A stretch of DNA of 59,353 nucleotides, filler included, from Squatina squatina (Eukaryota), in NCBI GenBank assembly GCA_031763465.1. It is 3 parts of 3 records of this genome, joined end to end, with 100 filler letters (N's around TTAATTAATTAA, not from the genome) between each part and the next. Parts side by side here need not be neighbours in the genome. Positions count along the whole stretch, not along the records: positions 1 to 25,993 come from JARFOE010000192.1; positions 26,094 to 39,192 come from JARFOE010000176.1; 1 more part is not named here. One strand, given 5' to 3'. A program made the position numbers and the translations under genes. Position 1 is the first letter of the stretch. Every line of letters begins with the position of its first letter. Positions 25,373 to 36,836 of this stretch are shown one piece after another. The notes beneath the pieces are model-generated. The model was given only the letters and a program-made list of their open reading frames with translations. It was not told the DNA's origin and did not search any database.

Positions 25373-25618
25373 CTTGCCCAATTCCGGCAACGGAAAGCTC
25401 AAACTGATCTTCAAACTCCAGGAAAAAAACAGAAGAAGAAGAAAAAGGTAGCAAGCAAAGTGGAGGAGCAAATACAACATGACACAGCTAAGCATCACCT
25501 GCAAGGTGTTAAGACTAGTGCAGAGAGAGGACCAGCAGGGGATGGTGCAGAATTCATAATTAATAGGACTTTACAGAGTGGAGATATAATCAAACAGGAC
25601 CAGACCTATACGATTGAG
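25373..25618 (+). CDS. AKAP9: A-kinase anchoring protein 9, coding exon 2 (246 bp, phase 0-0)
   Basis: Acceptor ttctattttgcag, donor GAG|gtgaga. Encodes LAQFRQRKAQTDLQTPGKKQKKKKK...IINRTLQSGDIIKQDQTYTIE, versus recalled human LAQFRQRKAQSDGQSPSKKQKKKRK...IMRTLHSGEITSHEQGFSVE. Confidence 0.9.
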
Positions 25619-25993
25619 GTGAGAACTGTTTTGTCTTGTTTTCGTTCAGTTGAATAAAATGTGATGAATTAGTAAAAGTTTGTTGACGCACAGCACTCAC
25701 TGGCATTAACCTAGCTCTCACTCTGCAACTCTGCAGGAATGTCTTGTGGCATTTGTGTGAGAGAGGTCCTGTTGTATAGTTCTACAGTAAGAGGGTCCAA
25801 ATGCATGATAGTTTCCCAGTTCTAGACTGTGTCCATACATCATACATCCCACAGGTACCTAATCCACGAGTTTGTGGTTGGAGGTGTAGAATTTTGTTGC
25901 AGTGGAGGAGGTGGAATACATCTTGGCTGTAGCGGTGGGAGTTGCACTACCCACTGGCTTATAACTGTACAGAAAAAGCGACCTAACCCAAAA

Positions 25994-26093
25994 NNNNNNN
26001 NNNNNNNNNNNNNNNNNNNNNNNNNNNNNNNNNNNNNTTAATTAATTAANNNNNNNNNNNNNNNNNNNNNNNNNNNNNNNNNNNNNNNNNNNN
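25994..26093. other. Artificial scaffold-joining spacer (44 N + TTAATTAATTAA + 44 N)
   Basis: Palindromic 12-mer at 26038-26049 with stop codons in all six frames, centred in exactly 100 nt. Identical construct at 39193-39292. Confidence 0.95.
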
Positions 26094-27090
26094 TGTGGGC
26101 TCTGGTTTGGAGGGGGGCAATGGGGGAGAAATGGAAGAGCTTTCAGCTGAGTCTCCACTTCCATGTCCCCTTTCAATATCATCCCTCTCATGGCCCACCC
26201 GCACTTCCCTGGTAGGAATGAGCTGGAGAACAGATTGCTGCAGATCAGTGGGGCGATGAAGGGCGACGGCTAGGGTTTCATGAAACCTATTTAAAGTGGC
26301 ATTCGTAGTGTGAAAACCATTAGTGAGGGCCTGCATGCTCCATGTAGGTGGCCACTCTTTCCATGGCTGAAGACGTCATTGCAAATGCCTGCAACATCAT
26401 GCTACTCATGCTTCAGATGGACTCCTCCAATCTCTCTGCAAGTGTGCACAGTGCAGCTGCAAAGCTGCCAGCAATCGCACATTCTCTGTTGCTGCTCCAG
26501 AAGTATCTTCTTCCTTGATGGCCCCCGAGGTCCAGCATCTGCACCCAGCTGAGCAAAGCTTTGAGTATCCTGACGTGGATGCTCCANNNNNNNNNNCTTC
26601 TCTTGCTCACTTGTGATGTGTGAGTCACCAGATGAAAACCCAACTAACTTCCTTACCGATCCCACCAAAGTGTGAGTATCTGAGTTGGCGCATGGTCTGC
26701 ATGAGTTCTATGATGATGCACCCTGAGAGTATGTGACCTTCCCCGAGGAGGTGTCGTCATCCTCCTGCACCACCTCCTGTGGGACGCTTGACAGCCCTGT
26801 GGGAGAATAAAGACATGAATTAGAACTGCCAAAGTAAGAAGGTGTCAAGTGATCACTATGCACATTATATTTCATTTGCAGCTGACAACATGAATTAATG
26901 CCATGTGGCTGTGTGATATTTAATTCTGTCACCATGAAGCTGGGAGGCTGCCATCTCCGACAATCTAGTGCGCCAGGACTCCGTTGAAGTCCAGCGCCTC
27001 CTCCTCTGCAGCTGTCAGTTGCGAGACTGATGGAAAATCACCTCCAATTCTCTGCCTCTCCCTGGTGTTCTGTGCTCTGTTCTCCTGTAA
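26094..27090 (-). mobile_element. Degenerate intron-containing Myb/SANT-like gene, probably a PIF/Harbinger accessory gene
   Basis: Exon 27084-26933 encodes ENRAQNTRERQRIGGDFPSVSQLTAAEEEAL (cf. the RERxxTGGG...LTxxEE motif following Myb/SANT-like domains) and then a stop. GT-AG intron at 26932-26797. Followed by acidic/Ser-rich and coiled-coil-like segments with stops. Confidence 0.5.
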
Positions 27091-28585
27091 NNNNNNNNNN
27101 NNNNNNNNNNNNNNNNNNNNNNNNNNNNNNNNNNNNNNNNNNNNNNNNNNNNNNNNNNNNNNNNNNNNNNNNNNNNNNNNNNNNNNNNNNCATGTGCTTT
27201 AATAATTCGATAGCAGGTTGTTTTGATAAAAATAACTTTACACACTTACTGTATTTGGGAAGTTTAAAAGTCATCCAAAGGTGAATACGAGTGAGAGACT
27301 TTTGTGCACTTTGTACATTCAAACCCAGCTGCCAGATGTGAAGGACATGAAAGAGTTCATAATAAGGAAAAGTAAGAGTAGCGACAATCCAGACAAGGAT
27401 TATTACTGTGTTGAATACTTTGTATCAGTCAATTTTCTTATACAGTGCCTGTGATGTAGAGTTTATCTGGTTTGTGGTTTGAGTAGTTACAGTTGGCGCC
27501 AAACACTGGGCGGAGAGGGTAAAAAGTTTTAAGTTGGGTGGAACAAAGAACTCTTGTGGTTCAGTGAATGGTGACATCAAGTCTTTATTTTGGTGATGAT
27601 CTGTACTGAGTTGTAAGGGTATCTGTTTATGTAGTATTAGTCAGGCTATATGATGTATCAATCTGTGTAAATGAACTATTCATTTTTGTGAAGATCTGAA
27701 TCTACCAATTTGCTTTCTGATTGGCTGCTGCTAGTCATGTCACTGATAGTGCCATGTGATTAGTAGAGAGCAATCAGATTCAAGTACAACAATCCCCACA
27801 GAGAGAAGACAACTATTACACTTCCATGCTAAAAACTGATAATTTAAGTAAGATTAAGTAGCTTTAACCATGTAAAAGTTGTAACTGAAAGATTAACTAA
27901 GTAAACTGAAGTAATTGTAAACATTTAAAAATACAAATTTTAACTAAATTGAAGGCCTGGACTTAGCTGAGCCTTAATTGGGCACTCAACCAAAGCTGGG
28001 CCTGAATTTATGAGCAACCCCAGTTAGAAATAATCGCTGCTGAGGCCTACTCAATTTTTTCTGAAAATGTTTCAGACAGTAATGCCACAAGATATCAATG
28101 AGTTTTGAAGTTTGGACTTTAAGGCCTAATGCTGCTTACTTTTTACAGAATGAACCATGATATTGAACTACAATACTGCGGTGACAATAAAGATACAACA
28201 ATATCGAAGATACCACAGAACAGTCTGGGAACAAACAAGAATATACGCACTCAAACAAGAGAGTGAAGGTTCGGCATCTTCAATGTGGGCCCAAAGGATG
28301 CACCTATCTGATTCAACCGTTACAAATACTTTTAGGCCAGTTTTACATTTAAAGGGCGATTGTCTCCCTGTATTTAGGAAGTGTTATTTTCAGACAAGAT
28401 AATTCCCGATGATGTGCCCACTAACACCATGCTCCGAGTACTCTGTTTCAAAATTTGCCGCATTGCTTGGTAGAATATGTTTGCTCAGCGGCAGGAGACA
28501 AATGTGCAGCAGTGCAATGTGAATGTTCTTTTTCTTTGCTTGAAGTTAAAGGATTTTTTTTTTTTTACTAGCCCAAGCAGACAAA

Positions 28586-28852
28586 CAGGCCCCAGGTTCC
28601 ATCCCTGGTCTGTGCTGACAATGCTGATTTGAGCTGGGGTGGTAATTTTGTAGCCTTTGTAGCCTTTGTAGCTCTGGATTAGGGAGACAAAATCGGGCAG
28701 ATCTCCATCTCCTGACCATGACCTTTCCTGGATTTGGGAGACAAAATCGGGCAGGTCGCCATCTCCTGACCATGACCTCTCCTGGAAGAGCACATGTGTT
28801 AACATCAAATGAGGTCAGAATTGGGCTTAGCTGTGATAACCTCTGCAGTCGA
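28586..28852 (+). mobile_element. SINE-like repeat copy with internal 54-bp tandem duplication
   Basis: B-box-like CCCAGGTTCCATCCCTGGTCTGTGCTGA. Body shared with copies at 46820, 48372 and 54255. Duplicated unit at 28674-28727 and 28728-28781. Confidence 0.55.
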
Positions 28853-28978
28853 TTAACTTGCTTTGGAGAGAAAGGGAGGAGGGGAAAGAAAATATAGAAA
28901 AACAGTAAGTTTATAGGAGCAGAAGAAAGGGTACTGTTGCATCATGCTATTGCACACGTGTCTGTTATCCAACTCGGT

Positions 28979-29088
28979 CATAGAAGCATGGAAAATAGGA
29001 GCAGGCCATTCGGCCCTTCGAGCCTGCTCCGCCATTCAATATGATCATGGCTGATCCTCTATCTCAACACCATATTCCTGCTTTCTCC
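28979..29088 (-). mobile_element. CR1 LINE 3' end
   Basis: AGGCCATTCGGCCCTTCGAGCCTGCTCCGCCATTCAATATGATCATGGCTGATC, same family as 19074-19241. Confidence 0.8.
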
Positions 29089-29239
29089 NNNNNNNNNNNN
29101 NNNNNNNNNNNNNNNNNNNNNNNNNNNNNNNNNNNNNNNNNNNNNNNNNNNNNNNNNNNNNNNNNNNNNNNNNNNNNNNNNNNNNNNNATGAGCTAGTTC
29201 CACTTAGCCGTACAGTCACGATCCATTGGTGTGCTAAGG

Positions 29240-29643
29240 TGTCGGCCGTGTTTCAGTGGTTAGCACTCGTGCCTGTGAGTCAGTGGGCTGTGGATTCAAG
29301 TCCCACTCCAGAGATTTGAGAACATAATCCAGGCTGACCTCTCGGCTCTGCACTGTCGGAGCTGCCGTCTTTCGGATGAGGAGTTAAACCGAGCTGCACC
29401 CCTCAGGTGGACATAAAATATCCCTATTCGAAGAAGAGCAAGGGAGTTATCCCCGGTGTCCTGACCAATATTTATCTCTTAACCAACACCTAAAAGCAGA
29501 TTATCTGGTCATGATCTCATTGCTGTTTGTGGGATCTTGCTGTGCACAAATTGGCTGCCACATGACTACTCTTCAAAAGTATTTAATGCGCTGTAAAGTG
29601 CTTTGTGATGTCCTAAAGTTGTGAAAGGCGCAAGTCTTTCTTT
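29240..29643 (+). mobile_element. Near full-length tRNA-headed Deu-domain SINE (SacSINE1-like)
   Basis: A-box-like GTGTTTCAGTGGTTAGCACT and B-box-like GGATTCAAGTCCC. Deu core CTTTCGGATGAG..GTTAAACCGAG..CTCAGGTGGACATAAAA..GAAGAAGAGCAAGGGAGTTATCCCCGGTGTCCTG. Tail GCAAGTCTTTCTTT. Confidence 0.8.
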
Positions 29644-32600
29644 ACCGCACTTGACCCTGTTATTTGAGTACTTTTCTATTGAGACGCTCCATCCACAGCT
29701 GGCGCGAAAATGCCAAACTAATTTCCTGCCTCCAAAGAGATGGAAGTGAATGGAAGGGGAGACAGGCACAGAGATTGTGTACTGTGCAAGGGTTGGAAAC
29801 AAATTCCTGAGCAAGACGAGCGCCAATTGCGTGAGTCCTGAGCAGCACTGATAATCGGAGCCTTAGAGCTGCAACAGGAAAAAACAAGTAACTGACGGAG
29901 ATGAAATGGGATTCCCTGGCCCAGGCTTGTACGGAATCCCTGTCATCGGAGTTCGAGCCAGATAACAACTGCAGGCCCCAACTTGTCCTGGGATCAAGTC
30001 TCCTATCTATTGAATGAGGTTACAAAAGGCTTATTTGTAACAGTGAAGCACCGAGCTTGTTTTCTGTATGACTGCGTGCCCAAGGCACACAGTGTCCCCT
30101 CACTGCTCTGTTGCTGCAACAGAAAAAGCACAAGCTTGATCCTCTTGGCTTTCAACACCATGTTCGTTTGTAACATCATACATGTGATAAGAGCTTGTAA
30201 TTGAACAAAACCTCTACTCCGGACTGTGCTGGCTGCATTTAAGCCTCTTGTGTGATGAATTGCACTTCTCGCTTTCTTGTATGTTCCTTCATTTTCCCAC
30301 CCACCTTTTCCCCTACTAATTTCCTCTCCTCCGCTTTTCTGCTTCCTGGGGTACATTTCCATGGGCGTTGGTCACCCTCGGGTGGGCAGGGTGGCAGTTT
30401 GAGCTTAATATCTCACAGCAGATTTTGGTGTTCAGTGGGGGGGCCAGGGCTCAACAAATTCTATTAAGTTTGGATAAATGACACCTGTTGCATTACCTTG
30501 AGTGGGAGATTGTTCCAGAGCTAATTTGGATAGGTCTTCTGAGCAGCACAGACATAGATATTCGCAGGTCATGTGCCCTTCTTTCTTCCTTGCTTCAGTC
30601 AGTCACGTCCATTGTATTCTTAAAGTTCTGAATGATTTCAACTATGTCCCTCAATGACTGCTCCACCTAGCTGTGTCTGAGGTACTTTAATCAAAGAAAC
30701 CCAGTTAGCCGCTTGTTCGGCCTATGATGCAGCAAGAATGCTTACATTAACAGTTTTCTTAAAGGATTGCCTCTCAGTATATGTAAGGGAATGAGTCAGT
30801 GACGGGGAGGAGGTGCTCAAGACAGCCTGACTGCCTCTTCAAACTTTTTTTTTAAATTCTGATGAACTGCGTCAAACATTAGCTACAGACAAATGGCTTT
30901 TTGTAACCACATATCACCAAAACAACATAATTTAATAAGCAAAGGCCACGCTCATAAGTCAACCATCTCCAGCATGTGCATCTTTATGTATGCTATAATC
31001 CTTGTTAACTGAGATGTACAACAGAACTCCAAAAATTCAAGAACCAGCAAATGTGCTGACTGATATGTTCTCTCATTAAGCTCCAGTAATGTGAGCACCA
31101 CTGGGTAAGCGCGCCCTGTATATAGTGTTCAGCAGAAGACCAGGCAAGCCCATGCAGGTCTTAAAGTTCATCCAGAATAGCTGAAACAAAAATATTTCTT
31201 TTCGTATTTAGCTCATTGGAGTGGCAGCTCTTGTTTGTCTTGCGATAGGCTTCACAGATCTTTATTTGTGATTAGTATCAACCCAGTGTTCTTTTCTTTA
31301 ACAAGTGACAAGTTTCATTGAGTTTCTATTCACTCTGGGAATGGGAGTTGAAGTGGCAGACTGACTGCACTTTCACATTTACGGAGAAAACATGCCACAG
31401 TGAAAAAAGTAAACCCTCAGTGCCAACATAATTGTGGAATCCCACTGTCTTGCTCAGTGTTTTCCCAGTTCCACATTCTAGAATTGTAGCATATGTTGTG
31501 TGCATCACTTGCAGGGGCTGAATATGTATTTGTGTCACATGTGAGCAGGAAGATTTCCTCTGCCTGCTGCATGATGGTGACATTACATACATGGCAGGAA
31601 GATTTCCTGTATTCATTATGCCCAGTGAGTTTATAAACCTGTTCTAAAAGAATGCATTTATAATTTTACTAGAAATAACATTGAGGAAATCTTCTCACAA
31701 TGTACACGATGTTGCTAACACAGAAAGCAGAGTATAGCATTCCCCCTGCCCCCCTCCCCAAATGGTGAGAAAGGGGGAAGATGCTCCTTATCTAAGGAAG
31801 GATACTCCTTATCTAAGAAAGTCTGAACAATTATAGGCCGGTCAGTCTTACCTNNNNNNNNNNNNNNNNNNNNNNNNNNNNNNNNNNNNNNNNNNNNNNN
31901 NNNNNNNNNNNNNNNNNNNNNNNNNNNNNNNNNNNNNNNNNNNNNNNNNNNNNAAGTGTGGTTTCAGCAGTTGAGGAGCAACAACAGAAATAAAATTGTT
32001 GCAGAAAATTACATTTCCCCAATTGTTTAGTTATATCTTTTTCTTTTTCCATTGTCACACAAAACCTTCCAAAGATGACAACGAGCGGACAACCTACTCA
32101 CAGGCCTCTACCAATGCAGCTAAGGGGTGTGGAAAAGGACTTTGGGTTTATTCAGCCGCCTATTCCTGGTTTTGGAACAGAGGAGCAATTTGCTTCTCAG
32201 CATTGCCTTGCTCTGGTTGAGCCAGAATCGGAACTCCATGTGTAGGATATTCTGGGCATGAAACCACATCCTATCTTCCCTTTGTATGGCACTTAAGAAC
32301 ATAAAGGACCTGTTGTCTTATAATGGAAGTAATCCTGTAAGAATTGTCAATGATACTGCGAGGATTATCCTCGAGACTGAGTACAACTTCAAGCTAGTAT
32401 TTGAAAGAATTGATTGTAAAAGGAGAACCCAAAGTGATATGAATAATGCCAGTTAGGGCAAATTTGGCATCTCTCATTGTTTGATCCATTTTGGGCTTGA
32501 ATATGCATGTCCCTTTAAAACAGCTACATGGTCGCATGGTCGGAGGGATGATTCGTGCTCCAGCACATATGGCAATTTTGAGTTCTCTTGTGTTGTGGAT

Positions 32601-35600
32601 TCATAAAGTGGCAAAATTTTTATCCATACACGATTAGTATCTTGTCACACTGGGGAGAGTAAGGAGCACATGCAGCCAAGCCTAGTCCAGTGAAGGACAT
32701 CAGAGTCTGAGCACTATGACCCACAATGGTTGTTGTTGCAGTCTGGAGAAAGAGAATTAGTCAGATAGACATAATTCCAGTTCCTGCTGGTGTGAGAGTG
32801 ATTTAGACACATCCTCTTTGTGTTGTCTGGCTTAGGCTTTGTGGATACTCAAATTTAAATGTGGCTATGACATTAGCTTCTTTTTTCCCTCATCTAACAG
32901 GCCAGGAAATACTTTTTCCCGCTGAGGTATGCAAGAACGTTAGAGGTTTATAAAACAGAAGTTAAAAATGATTTTGCTATCCAGAACCATACTGCTGAAT
33001 TGTTTGGAGTGTTGAAGGGGTTGTCAATATTAAGGAAATGTTAGAAATGAAATTTAAGATGAAGAACTAGGCAAGTTGTAAACTGGTTTAAACAAACGGA
33101 GCTGTGTATATTTTTAACATTTTTGAGAGTGATACCCAGTAAGAGACAAAATAATTGAGACTTGATGGGTCTAATGTCTGGGGGATCCCTTTCAGTCTGT
33201 CCGTTCCAGTGAGGAAGGATCTTTCTTTGGATCGATCCTACTGATGTTAACACTGCTGACCTCTATTGGTTGTGGCTACATGTTACCATCCCCCCAAGTT
33301 TCATCTAAGTATTAGCTAATACCTGTCAGTGAGGATAATTATTCATAATTTATCTTCCCCTTTGAGGAATTGATGTTGCTCCTGAAGCTAGTTTGTTCCT
33401 CATGAGGAGTCATTTCTGTACTCCGGACAACTGTTATGCCCTTTATACCACAGCGACATGGTACACAAATATGCTTACTGTTACATAATTACATGGCAAC
33501 CTATTGCAACCTCACTGATGATCTTTGAGGTAGATAGAAGACCTTGACAGCTAAAGGGCTCACGTATATTCTTAGAAGTAATCAACCTTTTCTCTTATTG
33601 CACTGTACAGCAAGTAAAGCTGTGACACTGATGTAGTTGCTCATTTTTCCATCTGTTCAGAGACTGTTAATTACATTGATCGTAGACTGATGAATTGTTT
33701 AATAAACTGCCAGGACTCTGGATGCCAATGTGCTGCAGTGATCAGCTGCTCATTACACTTTATTTATCACAAGCTCATCTACAAGAGCTCATCTACAAAA
33801 AATGTTGCCGTTTCAAGACAGGCTGTCAACTTGGAGCAGTAGAGAGCACAGCAAGCTTAAGATCAGCAAGTTTAACATGGGATGGGTGGAATGCTCAGCA
33901 ACAATGAAGACCTTTATTTCCAACCACCAGCAGCTTNNNNNNNNNNNNNNNNNNNNNNNNNNNNNNNNNNNNNNNNNNNNNNNNNNNNNNNNNNNNNNNN
34001 NNNNNNNNNNNNNNNNNNNNNNNNNNNNNNNNNNNNCACCTCCTCCACCACGACTGACCTAAGCAGTGGTTGTGTGTGGGAAAGGCCCCCCCTTTAAGTA
34101 TTGATGTGGGCTGAGAGTTGATTGGAACCAGTTCGGCCTATTGAGCAATTCAAATGGTGAAATAAACTAAGATAATCAGCACTAAGTATGGGCCCTTTAA
34201 CCCTGAAATTAGCACATTTTTTAAAGCTGTCTGAGATTTTTTCAAAGTCTCAAATTGCAGGCCTTAAAGTCAAATTTCAAAGACCTGAACTTTGTGCTCC
34301 CCAATTCGTCCGTTAGCACCACAAACTCAGGGCTGTCTAATTGGGCGCCCACAGAATTAATAATTCATCTCAGGTTTGCTGATTAAATTAGAGTTTTAGT
34401 AGTTTTACAAGTTATTTGAATAATGTTTATAAAAGAAATACAATCTCATTTCAACTTGAATGATCTTGTAAATTATGTTATAAGGACCTGCTTGATTTAC
34501 TTCATAATGAATAGCATGGGTGGCAAACTAATCTCTACACAGAGCAGTGAACATAACCTAGAAAAGCCACTTCTCATAGCAAAGCTGATAACTAAGAAAA
34601 GTGAATATTCTCACAGTAGCAGTTTTAAGGAGGAAATTTAAATTGGTGCTGTTGGAGCCCTTATCCCAGAACAGAGCCCTTGCAATGTTAATGTCTCCAG
34701 TGAACCTATTGGGTAAGACTAAAATGTTTTTGATGATGCTCTATTGCATACCCAACATATCAAAGAAGTTGTTTTGCTAGCACACTACAGCAAATGCCAT
34801 TCCCTGGAATGTTCTCTTGGCATCTTGGTAGTAACATTATCCCTCATTATCCTGTCACACGGGATGGTCAATGTGTGACACATTGCTTTCCATGCATTCT
34901 GTTTTTGTCAGTTTGACTTTTTCACCTCAACAAATCTCCCTCCACCCTGTGTCATTTTGTCCTTTTCCCATTTTCCTCTTCCAATTCACTTATTATCTAT
35001 TCTCCTCTTAATCAGCAAATGGTTGGGTTTTATGGAGATGTCACTGTGACTACAGTGCCACTGTGCCATTCCATGAATAGCTAGAATTCCACTTGGGATG
35101 GACTTGTAGGATACAGATTCATTTTTTCACTCCTGCCTTGGAGAGAACCTTTTTGCTTTCATTATCTTGTGGNNNNNNNNNNNNNNNNNNNNNNNNNNNN
35201 NNNNNNNNNNNNNNNNNNNNNNNNNNNNNNNNNNNNNNNNNNNNNNNNNNNNNNNNNNNNNNNNNNNNNNNNNNNNNNNNNNNNNNNNNNNNNNNNNNNN
35301 NNNNNNNNNNNNNNNNNNNNNNNNNNNNNNNNNNNNNNNNNNNNNNNNNNNNNNNNNNNNNNNNNNNNNNNNNNNNNNNNNNNNNNNNNNNNNNNNNNNN
35401 NNNNNNNNNNNNNNNNNNNNNNNNNNNNNNNNNNNNNNNNNNNNNNNNNNNNNNNNNNNNNNNNNNNNNNNNNNNNNNNNNNNNNNNNNNNNNNNNNNNN
35501 NNNNNNNNNNNNNNNNNNNNNNNNNNNNNNNNNNNNNNNNNNNNNNNNNNNNNNNNNNNNNNNNNNNNNNNNNNNNNNNNNNNNNNNNNNNNNNNNNNNN

Positions 35601-35630
35601 NNNNCTCTAACCTCCTTCATTATGTTGCAG

Positions 35631-35762
35631 ATATGGCAGCTGTTGATATCGATCAATATGACATCCACACCATTGCTGACGCACTGAAGCATTACTTACG
35701 AGGGTTGCCTTCACCTGTGATTCCACCAGCTATTTACAGTGAGCTAGTCTACACTGCCCAAG
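35631..35762 (+). CDS. p85-type PI3K regulatory subunit, BH/RhoGAP-domain exon (132 bp, phase 1-1); paralogue unresolved (PIK3R1/2/3 family)
   Basis: Acceptor tatgttgcag, donor G|gtaaaa. Encodes (D)MAAVDIDQYDIHTIADALKHYLRGLPSPVIPPAIYSELVYTAQ, versus recalled human PIK3R1 [44 protein letters not shown], with the same length. Confidence 0.82.
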
Positions 35763-36388
35763 GTAAAAGACTGCAGATCATTGGCTTGAAGCTTTTTACC
35801 ATTCCCTGAATAAGAATATGTTCTATAATGCACTGGCAAACAATAGCCTGATAAATTTGTGATGCTTTCTTGTTCTGCTTTTGCAAATGCTAAATCATTT
35901 TTCTTACCTTTTATTAATTAAAATAAGAAAATCAGTGTCTGAGTGTGTTGCCTCAGCTAGCAAATCTGTCTCAGAAACATAAGCATGTAATATTTTGAAG
36001 GTTTACGATAATTTTTTTAAATAACTTTGTCTACTACAAAATGTTTAATTCCTACTCAGTGACTGACCTTTTGAACTAACCAAATCTTTCAGTGTTGGAC
36101 TAAAGTGAATCTTTAAGCAGATTTGATATTAAATCATGATATTCATGTGCATGTATTGTTTCAGAAAATTCAGGATCAACTGTTTGTTACACAATCATAA
36201 TATTGTCTACTTTACTTTAATTAAAATGGTGGCCTTGGCCTCTGTGCTGGCTAAGTGAATAAAATACAGCCTGATCCTGTACTCACATGACATTTTACAA
36301 ACATGTACTTTCCAGGAGTTATCACTGGATAGTGAATAGACATTTTGAGTGACTTAACTCTTCCTGAGGCTAGGAATGATGAGGCTAT

Positions 36389-36531
36389 GTCAATTGTGGC
36401 TCAGTTGGTAGCACTTTCACCTGAGTCAGAAGGTTGTGGATTCAAGTCCCACTCCAGAGACTTGAGAACAAAAATCTCGGCTTACACCTCAGTGCATTAC
36501 TGAGGGAGTACTGCTCTGTTGGAGGTACTAT
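36389..36531 (+). mobile_element. tRNA head of Deu-type SINE
   Basis: GTGGCTCAGTTGGTAGCACT..CCTGAGTCAGAAGGTTGTGGATTCAAGTCCCACTCCAGAGACTTGAG matches the head of the 29240 copy. Confidence 0.75.
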
Positions 36532-36631
36532 NNNNNNNNNNNNNNNNNNNNNNNNNNNNNNNNNNNNNNNNNNNNNNNNNNNNNNNNNNNNNNNNNNNNN
36601 NNNNNNNNNNNNNNNNNNNNNNNNNNNNNNN

Positions 36632-36836
36632 AGAGAATTCCAAAGATTCACTGTCCTCTGAGTGAAGAAATTTCTCCTCATCTCATTCCTAAATAGCCTA
36701 TCCCTTATTCTGAGACTGTGATCCCTGGTTCTAGACCCCACTAGCCAGGGGAAACATCCTCCCTGCATCTACCCTGTTCAGCCCTGTAAGAATTTTGTGT
36801 GTTTCAATGAGATCACCTCTCATTCTTCTAAACTCT
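36632..36836 (-). mobile_element. CR1 LINE ORF2 C-terminal fragment
   Basis: LEFRRMRGDLIETHKILTGLNRVDAGRMFPL and SRTRDHSLRIRDRLFRNEMRRNFFTQRTVNLWNS. Confidence 0.88.

Noticed and set aside
29240-29320. tRNA-like A/B boxes (also 36389-36460)
   Set aside because: They continue into SINE bodies and I see no convincing cloverleaf; SINE heads rather than tRNA genes.
31780-31821. 21-bp tandem duplication (similar short ones at about 5290 and 33772)
   Set aside because: Two-copy slippage duplications are ordinary and carry no further signal.
35093-35809. Long ORFs (238, 176, 172, 147 aa) and many other X-containing ORFs
   Set aside because: They read through N gaps. Only the 132-bp exon at 35631-35762 is supported here.
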